Made by a program: the position numbers and the translations under genes | Virus record (IMG/VR): IMGVR_UViG_3300015261_000001 | Location: 124,001 to 188,000 of that record | DNA length: 64,000 nucleotides | Direction: 5' to 3' (one strand) | In this document: in pieces, positions 18,114 to 28,166 of the stretch | Position numbering within the stretch: position 1 is the stretch's first letter | Layout: every line of letters begins with the position of its first letter | Notes under the pieces: model-generated | The model's input: only the letters and a program-made list of their open reading frames with translations | Database searches by the model: none | What the model was told of the DNA's origin: nothing

Positions 18114-19730
18114 TTATTCCTCTAACCCACTTGTCGCCGACTTGAACATAAACAAGATGGGTTCGTTAATCGGGTCGTACAGAAAACGTCCTGTACCGCT
18201 GATGTAGTATTCACGCTTACCAAAGAGGTCGTGAACCTGTTCCTTGCTGTCTTCAGCGCAGACACTGTTGCTGTTGAGCTGGTCACCGTCGTGGTCAGAG
18301 TCCAAACCGGCTTCCCGGGAAGGGTCTACCGACATGGCGTCAAAGTAGTCAGGATTCTCTTCACGTGCAGGGTAACGATTACACACTTCCATTTCCGTCC
18401 AACCCATTGGGCTGCGGATAGTGCGTTTGGTAGCACCGGAAGTGGTGAGCAGGTTAACCTTGGCAGGGAAGATCGAACCGATACCAATGATCGGGTAACG
18501 TGTCTGCTGAGTCATCTGTTTAGCGATGGCGTCGTGACAAGACAGGTAGAACAGTTCCATGTACGTCATAGGACGGACATTCTTACGGCTCTTGTCTTCC
18601 GGCAGGTCGTTGATGTCATGCAGTACGCACACATCTTTACCGTCATCGTAGACCAGCGCCAGCCAGTGCCAATCGACCACAATCTCCTTGTTACGGAGCG
18701 AGGTGTCAGCGAAGCCGTTAAACAGCTTATTAAGGCCGGTGTAGGTGGTCCACTTTTCCACCGTAGAGGCAGCCACCTCGACGTACTCGTATTCCATGGT
18801 CTTGGTATTGACCAGTTTGGCTTGAGTCGAACCCTGAGTGAAGATGTTCATCAAATACTTGTTGATCATCGCGTGTACACAAACGTACTGGAAGTTCAAC
18901 AGGCACTGATAAAGTCCCATGTCTACAGAGTTAGGGTCAACACCGTTATCGTCGCGTAGCGTGGCTCTGGAGACCTTACGGGCGGTAATAACGTTACGTG
19001 TACCTGATGCAACGCCCCGAGTGGACATACGCTTCTGGATAATACCGCCTTTACCTTCCTGCAAACCGAACAGAAACTGGTCGATCTCGTTAAAGGCGTT
19101 CTGGATACCCCAACGCACGGTATCGTACAGAGGGTTCTCAGCATCATCCTTGGTTCCTAGCACGACCCGAGTACGGAAGATCAGGTTGCGGTACAGGTCG
19201 GTAATTTCCGGTTCTGTAGGCGCGCCGTTGTCCTGAAACTGGATATCCCGGAGACCCGCAGGAATAACCAGTACTTTATCGGTCAGGGCAATACCACGGT
19301 TTTCATCCACCAGGGTAACGCGCTGCTTCCGCTTATACGAATCAGTGCTGGAGAAGGCGATCTTTTTAAACATCCGGGTGAAAAAACTAAAGCCTGTTTC
19401 ACCCTCCAGGATGTTCGATTTTATGAAATCCTTCGTCTCCTCCTCCCAAACCCCGTATTCCGCCCCGCGCAGAATTCCCTGGTAGAGAGACTTGATCTGA
19501 ATGAGGGCTTTGAGGTAAGTGGGGTTGAAGATCGGCAGCTTCACATCGATGTAAGCTTCGGTATCATCCCGCTCTTTGCTTCCCAACTTACCGAATATTT
19601 CGAGAGAATACAGTCCGTCGTCGTTGAGGTTTTGAGTCATCCCCTCAAAGGCGTCAGTCGAGGTCACTGGTTTGAAGACTCCCGGAACTATTGTCCGGGG
19701 GTCTAATAGAGCTAAGTTGGTAGGCTTCAT
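18114..19730 (-). CDS. Virion RNA polymerase beta' subunit fragment with catalytic site (phiKZ gp180-like)
   Basis: GLYSLEIFG, VIPAGLRD, RYP and the metal-binding DHDGD motif at 18282-18296. Confidence 0.92.
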   Translation of the reverse strand: MKPTNLALLDPRTIVPGVFKPVTSTDAFEGMTQNLNDDGLYSLEIFGKLGSKERDDTEAYIDVKLPIFNPTYLKALIQIKSLYQGILRGAEYGVWEEETKDFIKSNILEGETGFSFFTRMFKKIAFSSTDSYKRKQRVTLVDENRGIALTDKVLVIPAGLRDIQFQDNGAPTEPEITDLYRNLIFRTRVVLGTKDDAENPLYDTVRWGIQNAFNEIDQFLFGLQEGKGGIIQKRMSTRGVASGTRNVITARKVSRATLRDDNGVDPNSVDMGLYQCLLNFQYVCVHAMINKYLMNIFTQGSTQAKLVNTKTMEYEYVEVAASTVEKWTTYTGLNKLFNGFADTSLRNKEIVVDWHWLALVYDDGKDVCVLHDINDLPEDKSRKNVRPMTYMELFYLSCHDAIAKQMTQQTRYPIIGIGSIFPAKVNLLTTSGATKRTIRSPMGWTEMEVCNRYPAREENPDYFDAMSVDPSREAGLDSDHDGDQLNSNSVCAEDSKEQVHDLFGKREYYISGTGRFLYDPINEPILFMFKSATSGLEE

Positions 19731-19759
19731 GAAAGTGACCTATTTAAAGGAGTTAGTAG

Positions 19760-22700
19760 ATGGCTAGCAGTTATGATGACGATTACGATTGGGGGGACGA
19801 TCCCTTTGCCGGTGACATTGATTTTGATACCGATTTCGACAAGGCCAACAAACATGGCTTCTTGCGTTCTGTTGCAACCGGTTTCTTATCTGGCGTAGTT
19901 GAAAAGACCGTCGGCGACACCGATGCTCGTATCGACACCATGAAGATGGTTCTTCCTCGTACGTGGACCAGTGCGTTTAGCACCATAAGCGACATCAATC
20001 GTCGCCGTCGCGCCCTCGTCGATGAAATGAAAGGCGAAACCTTTGGCGTAATGGAAGACCTGCAATACCTCGCTAAGCGCGCGGCTGATAAGGTCAACAA
20101 AATCGCTCCTAATAAGATCGCCGACCAACTGACCCGCTTCAGTGAGAACGATTTTAGCAGCTGGGAAAAGGCTGACAGTGGTAGCGGTGAACAACCACTG
20201 CGTGTCGAAGGTGTTGAAGAGAGCGAAGTTAACGATCTCCTGAACAGCGAGCAAGTTAACAACATCCAACAACGTGAAACTGCGATCGAAGTGGGTCAAT
20301 CCATTACGACCATGATCACGGAAGTGGGTGGTCGCACCATCGGTGGCTTGAATACCCTCAACATGGGGATCAACCGTTCCAACATGTTGCTGGAAAACAT
20401 CGTTGAGTATCAGCGCAAGGTACAGCTGCGTAACGACTCGATGAAACTGAACTTGATGGCTCGCCAGTTCTTGGTGAGTTCGCGTTACTACAAGTTCCAA
20501 GAAGCGGCTCAGCATCGTGTTATTAAAGAGCTGCGTTCGATCGCTACCAGTTCGGCGAAGTCGGACTACGAAAAGACTACCCACAGTCAGGCTATTCGCA
20601 AGACAATGCGGGAGTCGGTGTTCAATACCGTTAAAACGTCTTTTGGTGGGGTTGCTGACTATATCAAGGAACGTGTAGGTAAGGATGCCCGTACCAGCAC
20701 CATCGGTGATATCGGTGAGGCGGCTAGCGGTCTGCGCATGGCGCTGGAAATGACCGAAGGGATGGACCTCAATCTGGGGACTATTCTCGGTAACGCCGCA
20801 GCGGGCATGTTTGTCAACAACTTACCGCGCATGGTCAAGTCGACTAAAGGCCGTCAATACGTCGATAAGTTCAAGAAGCAATTTCCTGATCTGTCGAAGT
20901 GGGCTGAAGAAGCTTACAAACGTATCGAAGACTTGGGTAACGTCGCGTCGTATGGTTTGGGTAACGCCGAAGGTATGGTTAACACCCTCGCTGAGTTCTA
21001 TCAGGGTGGTTTCCACTATGATGAAGACCAGACCTACGAGGAATACGTCGATTCCCTGCCAGCCGGCCAGAAGGCTGTTCCTAAGGTACACTGGGCGTTG
21101 GCTAAAGCAGGTCGTTCGGGCGTCAACAAGCTGAACGAATCGGTTATGAATGACATGTATCATTCGACCGGCACCAGTTACAACCTGCAACGTCGCACTT
21201 TGAAGGATGGCTGGGAGCAAACGCATTGGAGCAAACGTTCTGATCGCACGCTCAACGAAATCCTTCCTGAGTGGTTGAGTCAGATTCACCTGTCGCTGGA
21301 AAAGCTGCGTACCGGTGACGACACCATGAAGGCGCAGTCGTACGACTACGTCCGTGGTGAGTTGGTAGGTCATCAGCAGAAGGTTGCCGATACCTTTAAT
21401 CGGGTGTTTGACCGCCAGCAGTTCCGTAGTCAGGCCGATGCTTCGATGCGTGTGGCTAATTCGTTGGATGATGCTCAAGAGCTGTCCGATGAAGCCAAGA
21501 AAGTCTTGGCGATGCAGTTGGCTAAACATGCTGACAAGAAGAAGGGTTTCAGTCCTTACCTGTACATGAACTTGGAGACCAAAGGTGTAGAGCCTCGAAT
21601 CGCCCAAGAGATCAAAGCTTTGATGCAGCGCAAGTTTGGCATCACTGACGAGATCCACAACGAGTTCAAGGAAGGCGACGATTTCCAACGTAACCTGAAG
21701 ATGATCTACCTCCCTACTGAAGAAGGTCGGGAACGTGCGGCTAAAGTGTTGGGGGATGCAACTAACCTCGGTAACTTCGCGCCAGACATCTCGGAGAACT
21801 TGGACGTCCTGCGTTCCAATGGTTACTACAAGCAGTTGTTGGAGGCTGGGGTAATCACTCGGGTGAATGGTCAGGATCAGGTGAACGTTGACCTGATGTG
21901 GAAGACCCTGCAAGACTTCATCGATGACCCTGAGCGTAAGACCGTTAAGGGTGCTCCGCAAGATGAACCTTTCCGCCGTAGCCGTCCGTTTGGTGGACCT
22001 CGTGGTGATCGTCCTAAAGACGAACAGAACCCGAACCCTCCAGCACCTTACCTACCGGCACCTATTCCACCTGCTCCGCCTCAGGCTGATCCTAAGCCTA
22101 CAGGTCCAGCGCCGTGGTCGGGTCCTTCTGCCGATGCGCCTCTGTCGGTTAAGGGTGAGTACAAAGACGTCATGGAAAGCAGCGGTAAAACGCTGGTGGA
22201 GATTCGGGATGCGATTAACGGTATCGGTGAACGCCTGCGCAAAATGCCGCTCGGTGGTGGCAGTGGCTTAGACCTCACCCCACTGGTCGATAAACTGTCT
22301 GAGCAGAACGACAAGGCTAACACCTACATGGAGCAGATGCTTGCTCTGGCCACTACCCGTAACGACACGCTGACCAAGCTGTTGGAACGTACCCCTATCG
22401 AGGAGAAGTTAAGCCCTCGTGAAGAAGCGGAAATCAAGAGTCAGAAAGCGGGTCTTCTGGACAAGCTGAAGAACACCTCGTTCCGTGACTTCTTTAATAG
22501 TGGTGTGAATAAACTGCTCGATCATGAACCACTGATTCTTGGTGGTCTGTTGGGCGGTATCGCGGGTATGGCGGTGTACAACCCGAAAGCGGCTGCTCTA
22601 GTAGCCGGTGGCTTCGCGGTAGCCTCGGTGTACGGCAAGGTGCGCTCTATGGCCTTCGCTCGTCACGCTAAAGACACCATGGACCTTTATGAGGAAGGTG

Positions 22701-25700
22701 CGGATGTTCCGATCCTCGAAGTGTTCAAACTGCGTCGTGGTGATTACTACGACATGCTCTCCAACCGCGTCATTGACAGTTGGGAAGGCATCACCGGTTC
22801 AGTGAAGGACCTCAGTAACGGTGCAGTGATCGGTGCTAAGCGTCTGTCCGGTAAACTCTTCACAGAAGACAACAAGGAAGTCTTCCTCAAAGGGCTGGAC
22901 AAGATCCGTGAGTGGGCAGTCAAAGCCTTCAAGTGGTTCGATCCGTTCGGTCGTTTGAAAGGCATGACCGACAAAGTCACCAAGCGTTTCTACCAGATGG
23001 ATGTTTACGTCGAGGGTGAAGAAGAGCCTGCGCTGTTCGGCAAGAACTTCAAAGACGGTCACTACTTCGTTAAAGATGAAACCGGGCGCTTGGTGCAAAT
23101 CAACGGCTGGAATGAAATCACGGGGGCGGTGTACGACAAGGATGGCAACACACTGATCTCTGAAGAAGATTACGATCGTGGCCTGAAGACATCCATGGGT
23201 GCTTCCATTAACAAAACTCAAAAGACTTTGGGGACGGTTAAGAAGTGGGGTGTCGATCTGTTTGGTATGTTGAAAGACAAAGCAGCTCCTCATGCCAAAG
23301 GTGCTCTTGATAAAACGAAGAAACACTTTAAGGCGGATTACACCCCTATCGTGTCTTCGATCGATCGCATCTACCACCTGCTGTTGAAGCACTGGGGGTA
23401 TGAGGAAGAAGAGAAGCCTGTGCCGTTTGCTTCACCTGAGTCGGACGTTGCTAAGCCCGACCCAAACAAACCCACAGAGGCTGCTGTTCTCTCTGAGGAG
23501 GATAAGAAGAAGGAAGAGGAGGCGTTGATTGAACGTCGTCGTCTGGCCAAACTTCGTCGTAACACAAAAGGAACTCCGCAAGACTTGGTGGACAAAGCCG
23601 ATCCGCCTAAGGATACTCCTTTTACTCCTCCTGCAAATGAATCGATACACGTATCCCCGTCTGGCTCCCCCGAAAACACTGGGGAAAACGCTAGTGGGGT
23701 GAAAAGTCCGACTAAACCATCGGATTATTCCAAACACGGTATCGAGGGCTTCGCTAAGCGTTATCCTCACATGAGTAAAATCTTTGGTTCTCAGACTGGG
23801 AAGATGGATGCCCAGCAAGAACGTGAGGAAGAAGAGAAGAAGAATACCCCACACACCAAAGCTGATGCTGGTGATGAAACTCGTGCTAACTCTGTAGCTG
23901 ATCGGGCTAATCAGAAGCAGAAGAAGAAAGACGGGTTGGTTCAAGATGCGATTATTAACATCGCTGAGAACTTTGGCTTTGGGCAGAAGAACAATGATGA
24001 ACTGGCTAAGAAGAAGTCGGTTGGTTTGTTCGGTTTGTTAGGTGGGATGTTTAGTGGTATTGCTTCGGGTATTGCTACTTTAACTTCTTTCTTTACCAGC
24101 AAGATCTTGTGGAAAGGTTTGGGCACCCTGTTTAAGTTTAGCACCATGGGCTTGAAAGTATTGCCGGCCATTGGTACTGGTATTGCTGCATTGGTTACGG
24201 GTATTACTACTCTGATCAAAACTGGTAGCTTGGGCAGTGCAGGTGCTGATGCTTTGGATGCCATGAGAGGTCGTCGTGGTCCGGGTAGCCGTCGTAATGG
24301 TCGTCGTGACCGTCCTACACCTGGTCGTCGCTTTGGTGGCGGTATGGGTAAGTTGGGTGCGGGTATGGCTATTACCGCTGGTGCTGGTTACCTGATGGAC
24401 AATGGGGTGATCGACGAAGACAGTGGTATGGGTCAAGCGTTGGAGGTGGCGGGTACTGCTGCGAGCGTCTACGGCGCTGGTCAGATGGCTGTAGGTGCGG
24501 CAGGTGCCTTGGGTGTGGATATCGGTGTAGGTACTCTTGCAGCGGGCGCTGGGACGGTTGCAGCGGGTGTTGCGGGTACAGCGATGTTCGGTGGTCTGGT
24601 TAACATGGGGATTGCAGCGGCTCCTTTGCTGATGAACCCTTATGTGTTGGCTGCTTTGGCTGTTGGTGCTGCGGGTTACGGGATCTATCGGTTCATTAAC
24701 CGGGGCGGTGGTAAGCAGATCGAGATACGGATGACGCAGTACGGTCTTTCGGATCCTGAGGGTGATCTGGCTACTAAGATCCGTCAAGCGGAAGACATGC
24801 TGAAGGATCACGTGGTGATCGGCAACGGTCGTGCTTCCTTGTCGAAGAAGGCTCCGATTGAACAGGTAGTACGACTGTTCATGACTGACCCGACAAGCAA
24901 GAAGGAACTGGGTGATGTCTTTACTTGGTTCAACGGTCGCTTTAAGCCGGTCTACATGACTTACATGGCGTGTTTGGATGTGGTGAAGATTAAGTCGTTG
25001 AAGGAGTACGACGAATCCAAGTCACAAGACGTCTACAAGGTCGCTAGCCAAGCGCACACCGGTATCAGTGGGATCATGCCACTGCCTTACGACATCGTTG
25101 CTAACATCGATCGTGAGAACCCGCTGCTGAATGCGAAGAAGACGATCATTCGGGTGAACAACCTGCTTGATGAGTTGAAGAAGTACGTAGACCGCCAGTC
25201 TGATTCATCTGAGCTTTCGCCTGCTGATGTCACTACAGGTCAGAGTAAAGAAGGGCTGGAAAAGGAACGGATGAACCTGGAAGCCAAGTTGGCTAACCCC
25301 AACACGGAATGGACCCGGGACAACACCAAATGGAATGCCATGGATCGTCTTAAAGACGTCAATGGTGAAATCGCTAAGCTGAACTCGATCTACAAGTCGG
25401 GGGAAATGGTTACGCAGATCTACATCAGTGATCTGTTGCCAGATGGCAAACCGATGGACATGCTGACTGCTATTCGGGTCGCTGCCTATGGTAACGATGA
25501 AAACATTCCGTGGCGTGTGGAGGCAGTGCTGAAGTTGGAGCGGCATTGCGAGACTCTGTTCAAAGTCACCGGGGATAAGGCAGTTTTCACTGGTGAAGTA
25601 GGTGACTTGTTCAACCGCTTCAAAGAAGCCTTCCGTGTTGACGAGAAGTATGCGGACGATTGGTGCATCTGGTTCCGTGATCGGTTCTTGCCGGTTCTGA

Positions 25701-28108
25701 CGAACTACATGGTGTTGATGCAGAAGTACCGTCGTGGGCGTCCTGGCTTGGAATGGCAAACGCTGTCGGTAACTGCGCGCTACGAGATTGCTAAGGCGTT
25801 GATCGAGACTCAGGTCAAGATCGGTGTACTGGAAGTTTCGGTATGGCGTGTGACCAGTTCTCCTTTCGGCACTGGTTGGTCGACGCGTAAGTCTGACAAA
25901 GTCGACAAGATGTTGAACATATTGGCTGAGGCTTCTACCACAGCGAAGTTGAAAGACCCTGAGTTGGAAGCAGGCAAGACCAACAGCCAATCTTGGGCTA
26001 AAGCTATCAGTCCTCACAAGACAGGTGGCGAGTACACCGACAAGTATGCCAATACCCAAACGGCGGATCAATACAAGTCGCGGCGAGACACATTGGTAGG
26101 TGGCCAGTTCGGCACCAGCGGTGGTGGTACAGGTAATAGCTTTGGTCCGAACGGCGCCATGATGACGCCTGAGAACAAATACGGCTATCAACCGATTACG
26201 GGTGATTCGGATACCAGTCATTTGGATATGTCTGGTGTCTCGGCGAATGAAGGGACTGACAGTGGTGTTGCTGTTCCGAAGAAGTTAGCGGAGCAGTTGA
26301 TCATCCGTGAGATGTTGAAGCAGGGCTTTACTGATCCACGAGCAATCGCGGAGATGTTGGCACTGACCAACTACGAATCGGGTGGTTACAAGAAGACCAC
26401 TGAGAACATGAAGTACACCAGTCCTGAAAACTTGATGAAGACTTTCAGGGAAGTACGAAGTCTGGATCAAGCCCGTCAGTTGATCTCTCAGGGTGAGGTA
26501 GCAATCGCTAACACCGTTTACGGTGGTGGTAAAGGCGCGTCGCTGGGCAACACTCAACCTGGTGATGGTTACAAGTATCGTGGACGTGGGATGGTGCAAC
26601 TGACCGGTCGTGCGAACTACCGGAAGATTGGTGCAGAGTTGGGCATCGATCTGGAAGGCAATCCTCAGTTGGCCAGTACAGATCCGAACGTGATGGCTGC
26701 CATTGCGGTTAACTTCTTCAAGAACTCTAAGCTGTTGCAGAGTATCTCGACGACAGGTGACTTTGGTACTGCGGCTACAGGTCTGAACGGCGGCAACGCT
26801 CTGCCAGGCATGAGTCAGCGTTACAGCATGTACCTTGACTACCTGAAACAACTGCAAGGTGGTGAACTCAAAGCGGATGACTCGGCGATCACCGGTGATG
26901 TGGGTGCTCAAACGGGAAGTTCGTTGTATCGGAATACCCCAGGTTCCGCACCGGCTCCAAGTGGTGGGGGTTCTTCGACAGGCGGTGGGGGCGGCAGTGC
27001 TCCAATGATTGGTGGTGGTAACACTCCTTCGTTGGCTCCTCCTGCTGTAGGTGGTGGTCAGTACACGACACCACAGTCGATGGGTAGTGGCGGTGGTTAC
27101 GACGGCGGTGCAGACGCTGGCGGTGGTTTGGTTAACTCCAACTCCGCAAACGGGTCTGGTCTGAGGCTGAAAAGCTCTGAGACAATTGCCGGTGGTAGCC
27201 ATCACCCTGGTCTGGAAGCTTTGTGCAACATTATCCAGTCCCGAATCCCTGGGTTTAAACAGTTTACTGCTTTGAACGACGCATACCACGTGAAGAAAGG
27301 TTCCAAAGGCGGTCACCCGAAAGGATTGGCAGCTGACTTCACCTTGACTACGGGTATTGATGGCAGTGATCAGGCCGCTGGCATGGTTACGCAGATCTTA
27401 CGTCAGGCCGGGCTAGCCCCGAGCGAGTTCATCGTACTCAACGAGTACAAGCGGAAAACTGCGTTGGGCACAGGCGGTCACGTTCACGCAGGCTTTAAGA
27501 CTCCCGCGGCAGCCCAGAAGTTCTTGGATGCTTCCGGTGGTACTCAGCCTAACGGACAAGACACAACAGGTGCTGGTGGTGGTCCAGTTGCTCCAGTAGA
27601 AGCTTCGGCTGACGGTGGTGCAGCAGCGGAGCCACAAGGCATTCAACAGCCGGCCGGTGAGGCAGCGCAAGTTCCACTGCAACCTGTGTTGCGTCGCCCT
27701 CCACCCAACATGACCAACCCTGCTTACCAAGCTGTTCCATCTAACCCGGATGACGACAAGGGTGGACCAGATGAAGAAGAGGAAGGGTTCCCACAAGTCT
27801 CGCAAGAGCCTAAGGTTCAACGCCAACAGACGCAGTTGCCTCTGCCTGCTAACGGCCCAAGCTCTGGACCTCAACCGTTGCCGGAAGGCTACGAGAAGAA
27901 CAAAGAGCGGTATGCCGGGAATAACCCTATGGAGTCGTTGTCTGACATCCTTAGCGGCTTTAAGGATGAAGTGGCGAACGTCAGCAAAGCCGACGAAGAT
28001 CACTCCGGGTTGTTGGCGGGGATGAACAAACGTCTGGACAAGCTGATTGAGCTTCAGACTAAAGCGGTAGAAGGCAGCGCTAAAGATGGTGCTGTGCGCA
28101 TGAACTAA
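19760..28108 (+). CDS. Tape-measure-like tail protein with muralytic domains (phiKZ gp181-like)
   Basis: 2782 aa, divergent from the vRNAP genes; GH19-type segment YESGG...YRGRGMVQLTGRANY (~26350-26840); H-x6-D and H-x-H zinc-peptidase-like segment (~27160-27500). Confidence 0.85.
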   Translation: MASSYDDDYDWGDDPFAGDIDFDTDFDKANKHGFLRSVATGFLSGVVEKTVGDTDARIDTMKMVLPRTWTSAFSTISDINRRRRALVDEMKGETFGVMEDLQYLAKRAADKVNKIAPNKIADQLTRFSENDFSSWEKADSGSGEQPLRVEGVEESEVNDLLNSEQVNNIQQRETAIEVGQSITTMITEVGGRTIGGLNTLNMGINRSNMLLENIVEYQRKVQLRNDSMKLNLMARQFLVSSRYYKFQEAAQHRVIKELRSIATSSAKSDYEKTTHSQAIRKTMRESVFNTVKTSFGGVADYIKERVGKDARTSTIGDIGEAASGLRMALEMTEGMDLNLGTILGNAAAGMFVNNLPRMVKSTKGRQYVDKFKKQFPDLSKWAEEAYKRIEDLGNVASYGLGNAEGMVNTLAEFYQGGFHYDEDQTYEEYVDSLPAGQKAVPKVHWALAKAGRSGVNKLNESVMNDMYHSTGTSYNLQRRTLKDGWEQTHWSKRSDRTLNEILPEWLSQIHLSLEKLRTGDDTMKAQSYDYVRGELVGHQQKVADTFNRVFDRQQFRSQADASMRVANSLDDAQELSDEAKKVLAMQLAKHADKKKGFSPYLYMNLETKGVEPRIAQEIKALMQRKFGITDEIHNEFKEGDDFQRNLKMIYLPTEEGRERAAKVLGDATNLGNFAPDISENLDVLRSNGYYKQLLEAGVITRVNGQDQVNVDLMWKTLQDFIDDPERKTVKGAPQDEPFRRSRPFGGPRGDRPKDEQNPNPPAPYLPAPIPPAPPQADPKPTGPAPWSGPSADAPLSVKGEYKDVMESSGKTLVEIRDAINGIGERLRKMPLGGGSGLDLTPLVDKLSEQNDKANTYMEQMLALATTRNDTLTKLLERTPIEEKLSPREEAEIKSQKAGLLDKLKNTSFRDFFNSGVNKLLDHEPLILGGLLGGIAGMAVYNPKAAALVAGGFAVASVYGKVRSMAFARHAKDTMDLYEEGADVPILEVFKLRRGDYYDMLSNRVIDSWEGITGSVKDLSNGAVIGAKRLSGKLFTEDNKEVFLKGLDKIREWAVKAFKWFDPFGRLKGMTDKVTKRFYQMDVYVEGEEEPALFGKNFKDGHYFVKDETGRLVQINGWNEITGAVYDKDGNTLISEEDYDRGLKTSMGASINKTQKTLGTVKKWGVDLFGMLKDKAAPHAKGALDKTKKHFKADYTPIVSSIDRIYHLLLKHWGYEEEEKPVPFASPESDVAKPDPNKPTEAAVLSEEDKKKEEEALIERRRLAKLRRNTKGTPQDLVDKADPPKDTPFTPPANESIHVSPSGSPENTGENASGVKSPTKPSDYSKHGIEGFAKRYPHMSKIFGSQTGKMDAQQEREEEEKKNTPHTKADAGDETRANSVADRANQKQKKKDGLVQDAIINIAENFGFGQKNNDELAKKKSVGLFGLLGGMFSGIASGIATLTSFFTSKILWKGLGTLFKFSTMGLKVLPAIGTGIAALVTGITTLIKTGSLGSAGADALDAMRGRRGPGSRRNGRRDRPTPGRRFGGGMGKLGAGMAITAGAGYLMDNGVIDEDSGMGQALEVAGTAASVYGAGQMAVGAAGALGVDIGVGTLAAGAGTVAAGVAGTAMFGGLVNMGIAAAPLLMNPYVLAALAVGAAGYGIYRFINRGGGKQIEIRMTQYGLSDPEGDLATKIRQAEDMLKDHVVIGNGRASLSKKAPIEQVVRLFMTDPTSKKELGDVFTWFNGRFKPVYMTYMACLDVVKIKSLKEYDESKSQDVYKVASQAHTGISGIMPLPYDIVANIDRENPLLNAKKTIIRVNNLLDELKKYVDRQSDSSELSPADVTTGQSKEGLEKERMNLEAKLANPNTEWTRDNTKWNAMDRLKDVNGEIAKLNSIYKSGEMVTQIYISDLLPDGKPMDMLTAIRVAAYGNDENIPWRVEAVLKLERHCETLFKVTGDKAVFTGEVGDLFNRFKEAFRVDEKYADDWCIWFRDRFLPVLTNYMVLMQKYRRGRPGLEWQTLSVTARYEIAKALIETQVKIGVLEVSVWRVTSSPFGTGWSTRKSDKVDKMLNILAEASTTAKLKDPELEAGKTNSQSWAKAISPHKTGGEYTDKYANTQTADQYKSRRDTLVGGQFGTSGGGTGNSFGPNGAMMTPENKYGYQPITGDSDTSHLDMSGVSANEGTDSGVAVPKKLAEQLIIREMLKQGFTDPRAIAEMLALTNYESGGYKKTTENMKYTSPENLMKTFREVRSLDQARQLISQGEVAIANTVYGGGKGASLGNTQPGDGYKYRGRGMVQLTGRANYRKIGAELGIDLEGNPQLASTDPNVMAAIAVNFFKNSKLLQSISTTGDFGTAATGLNGGNALPGMSQRYSMYLDYLKQLQGGELKADDSAITGDVGAQTGSSLYRNTPGSAPAPSGGGSSTGGGGGSAPMIGGGNTPSLAPPAVGGGQYTTPQSMGSGGGYDGGADAGGGLVNSNSANGSGLRLKSSETIAGGSHHPGLEALCNIIQSRIPGFKQFTALNDAYHVKKGSKGGHPKGLAADFTLTTGIDGSDQAAGMVTQILRQAGLAPSEFIVLNEYKRKTALGTGGHVHAGFKTPAAAQKFLDASGGTQPNGQDTTGAGGGPVAPVEASADGGAAAEPQGIQQPAGEAAQVPLQPVLRRPPPNMTNPAYQAVPSNPDDDKGGPDEEEEGFPQVSQEPKVQRQQTQLPLPANGPSSGPQPLPEGYEKNKERYAGNNPMESLSDILSGFKDEVANVSKADEDHSGLLAGMNKRLDKLIELQTKAVEGSAKDGAVRMN

Positions 28109-28116
28109 ACTTGGTG

Positions 28117-28147
28117 GGGGAGTACTCCGGTGCTCCCCTTTCCTTTT
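28117..28147 (+). terminator. Terminator/attenuator between gp181- and gp182-like genes
   Basis: GGGGAGTAC-TCCG-GTGCTCCCC (G.U pair on the + strand) followed by TTTCCTTTT. Confidence 0.7.
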
Positions 28148-28166
28148 AACCATAGAGACTTTAAAC

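Noticed and set aside
26880-27150. Gly/Ser-rich low-complexity stretches (also 29180-29290) as repeats or phase-variable tracts
   Set aside because: In-frame flexible linkers with mixed synonymous codons and no perfect tandem DNA unit.
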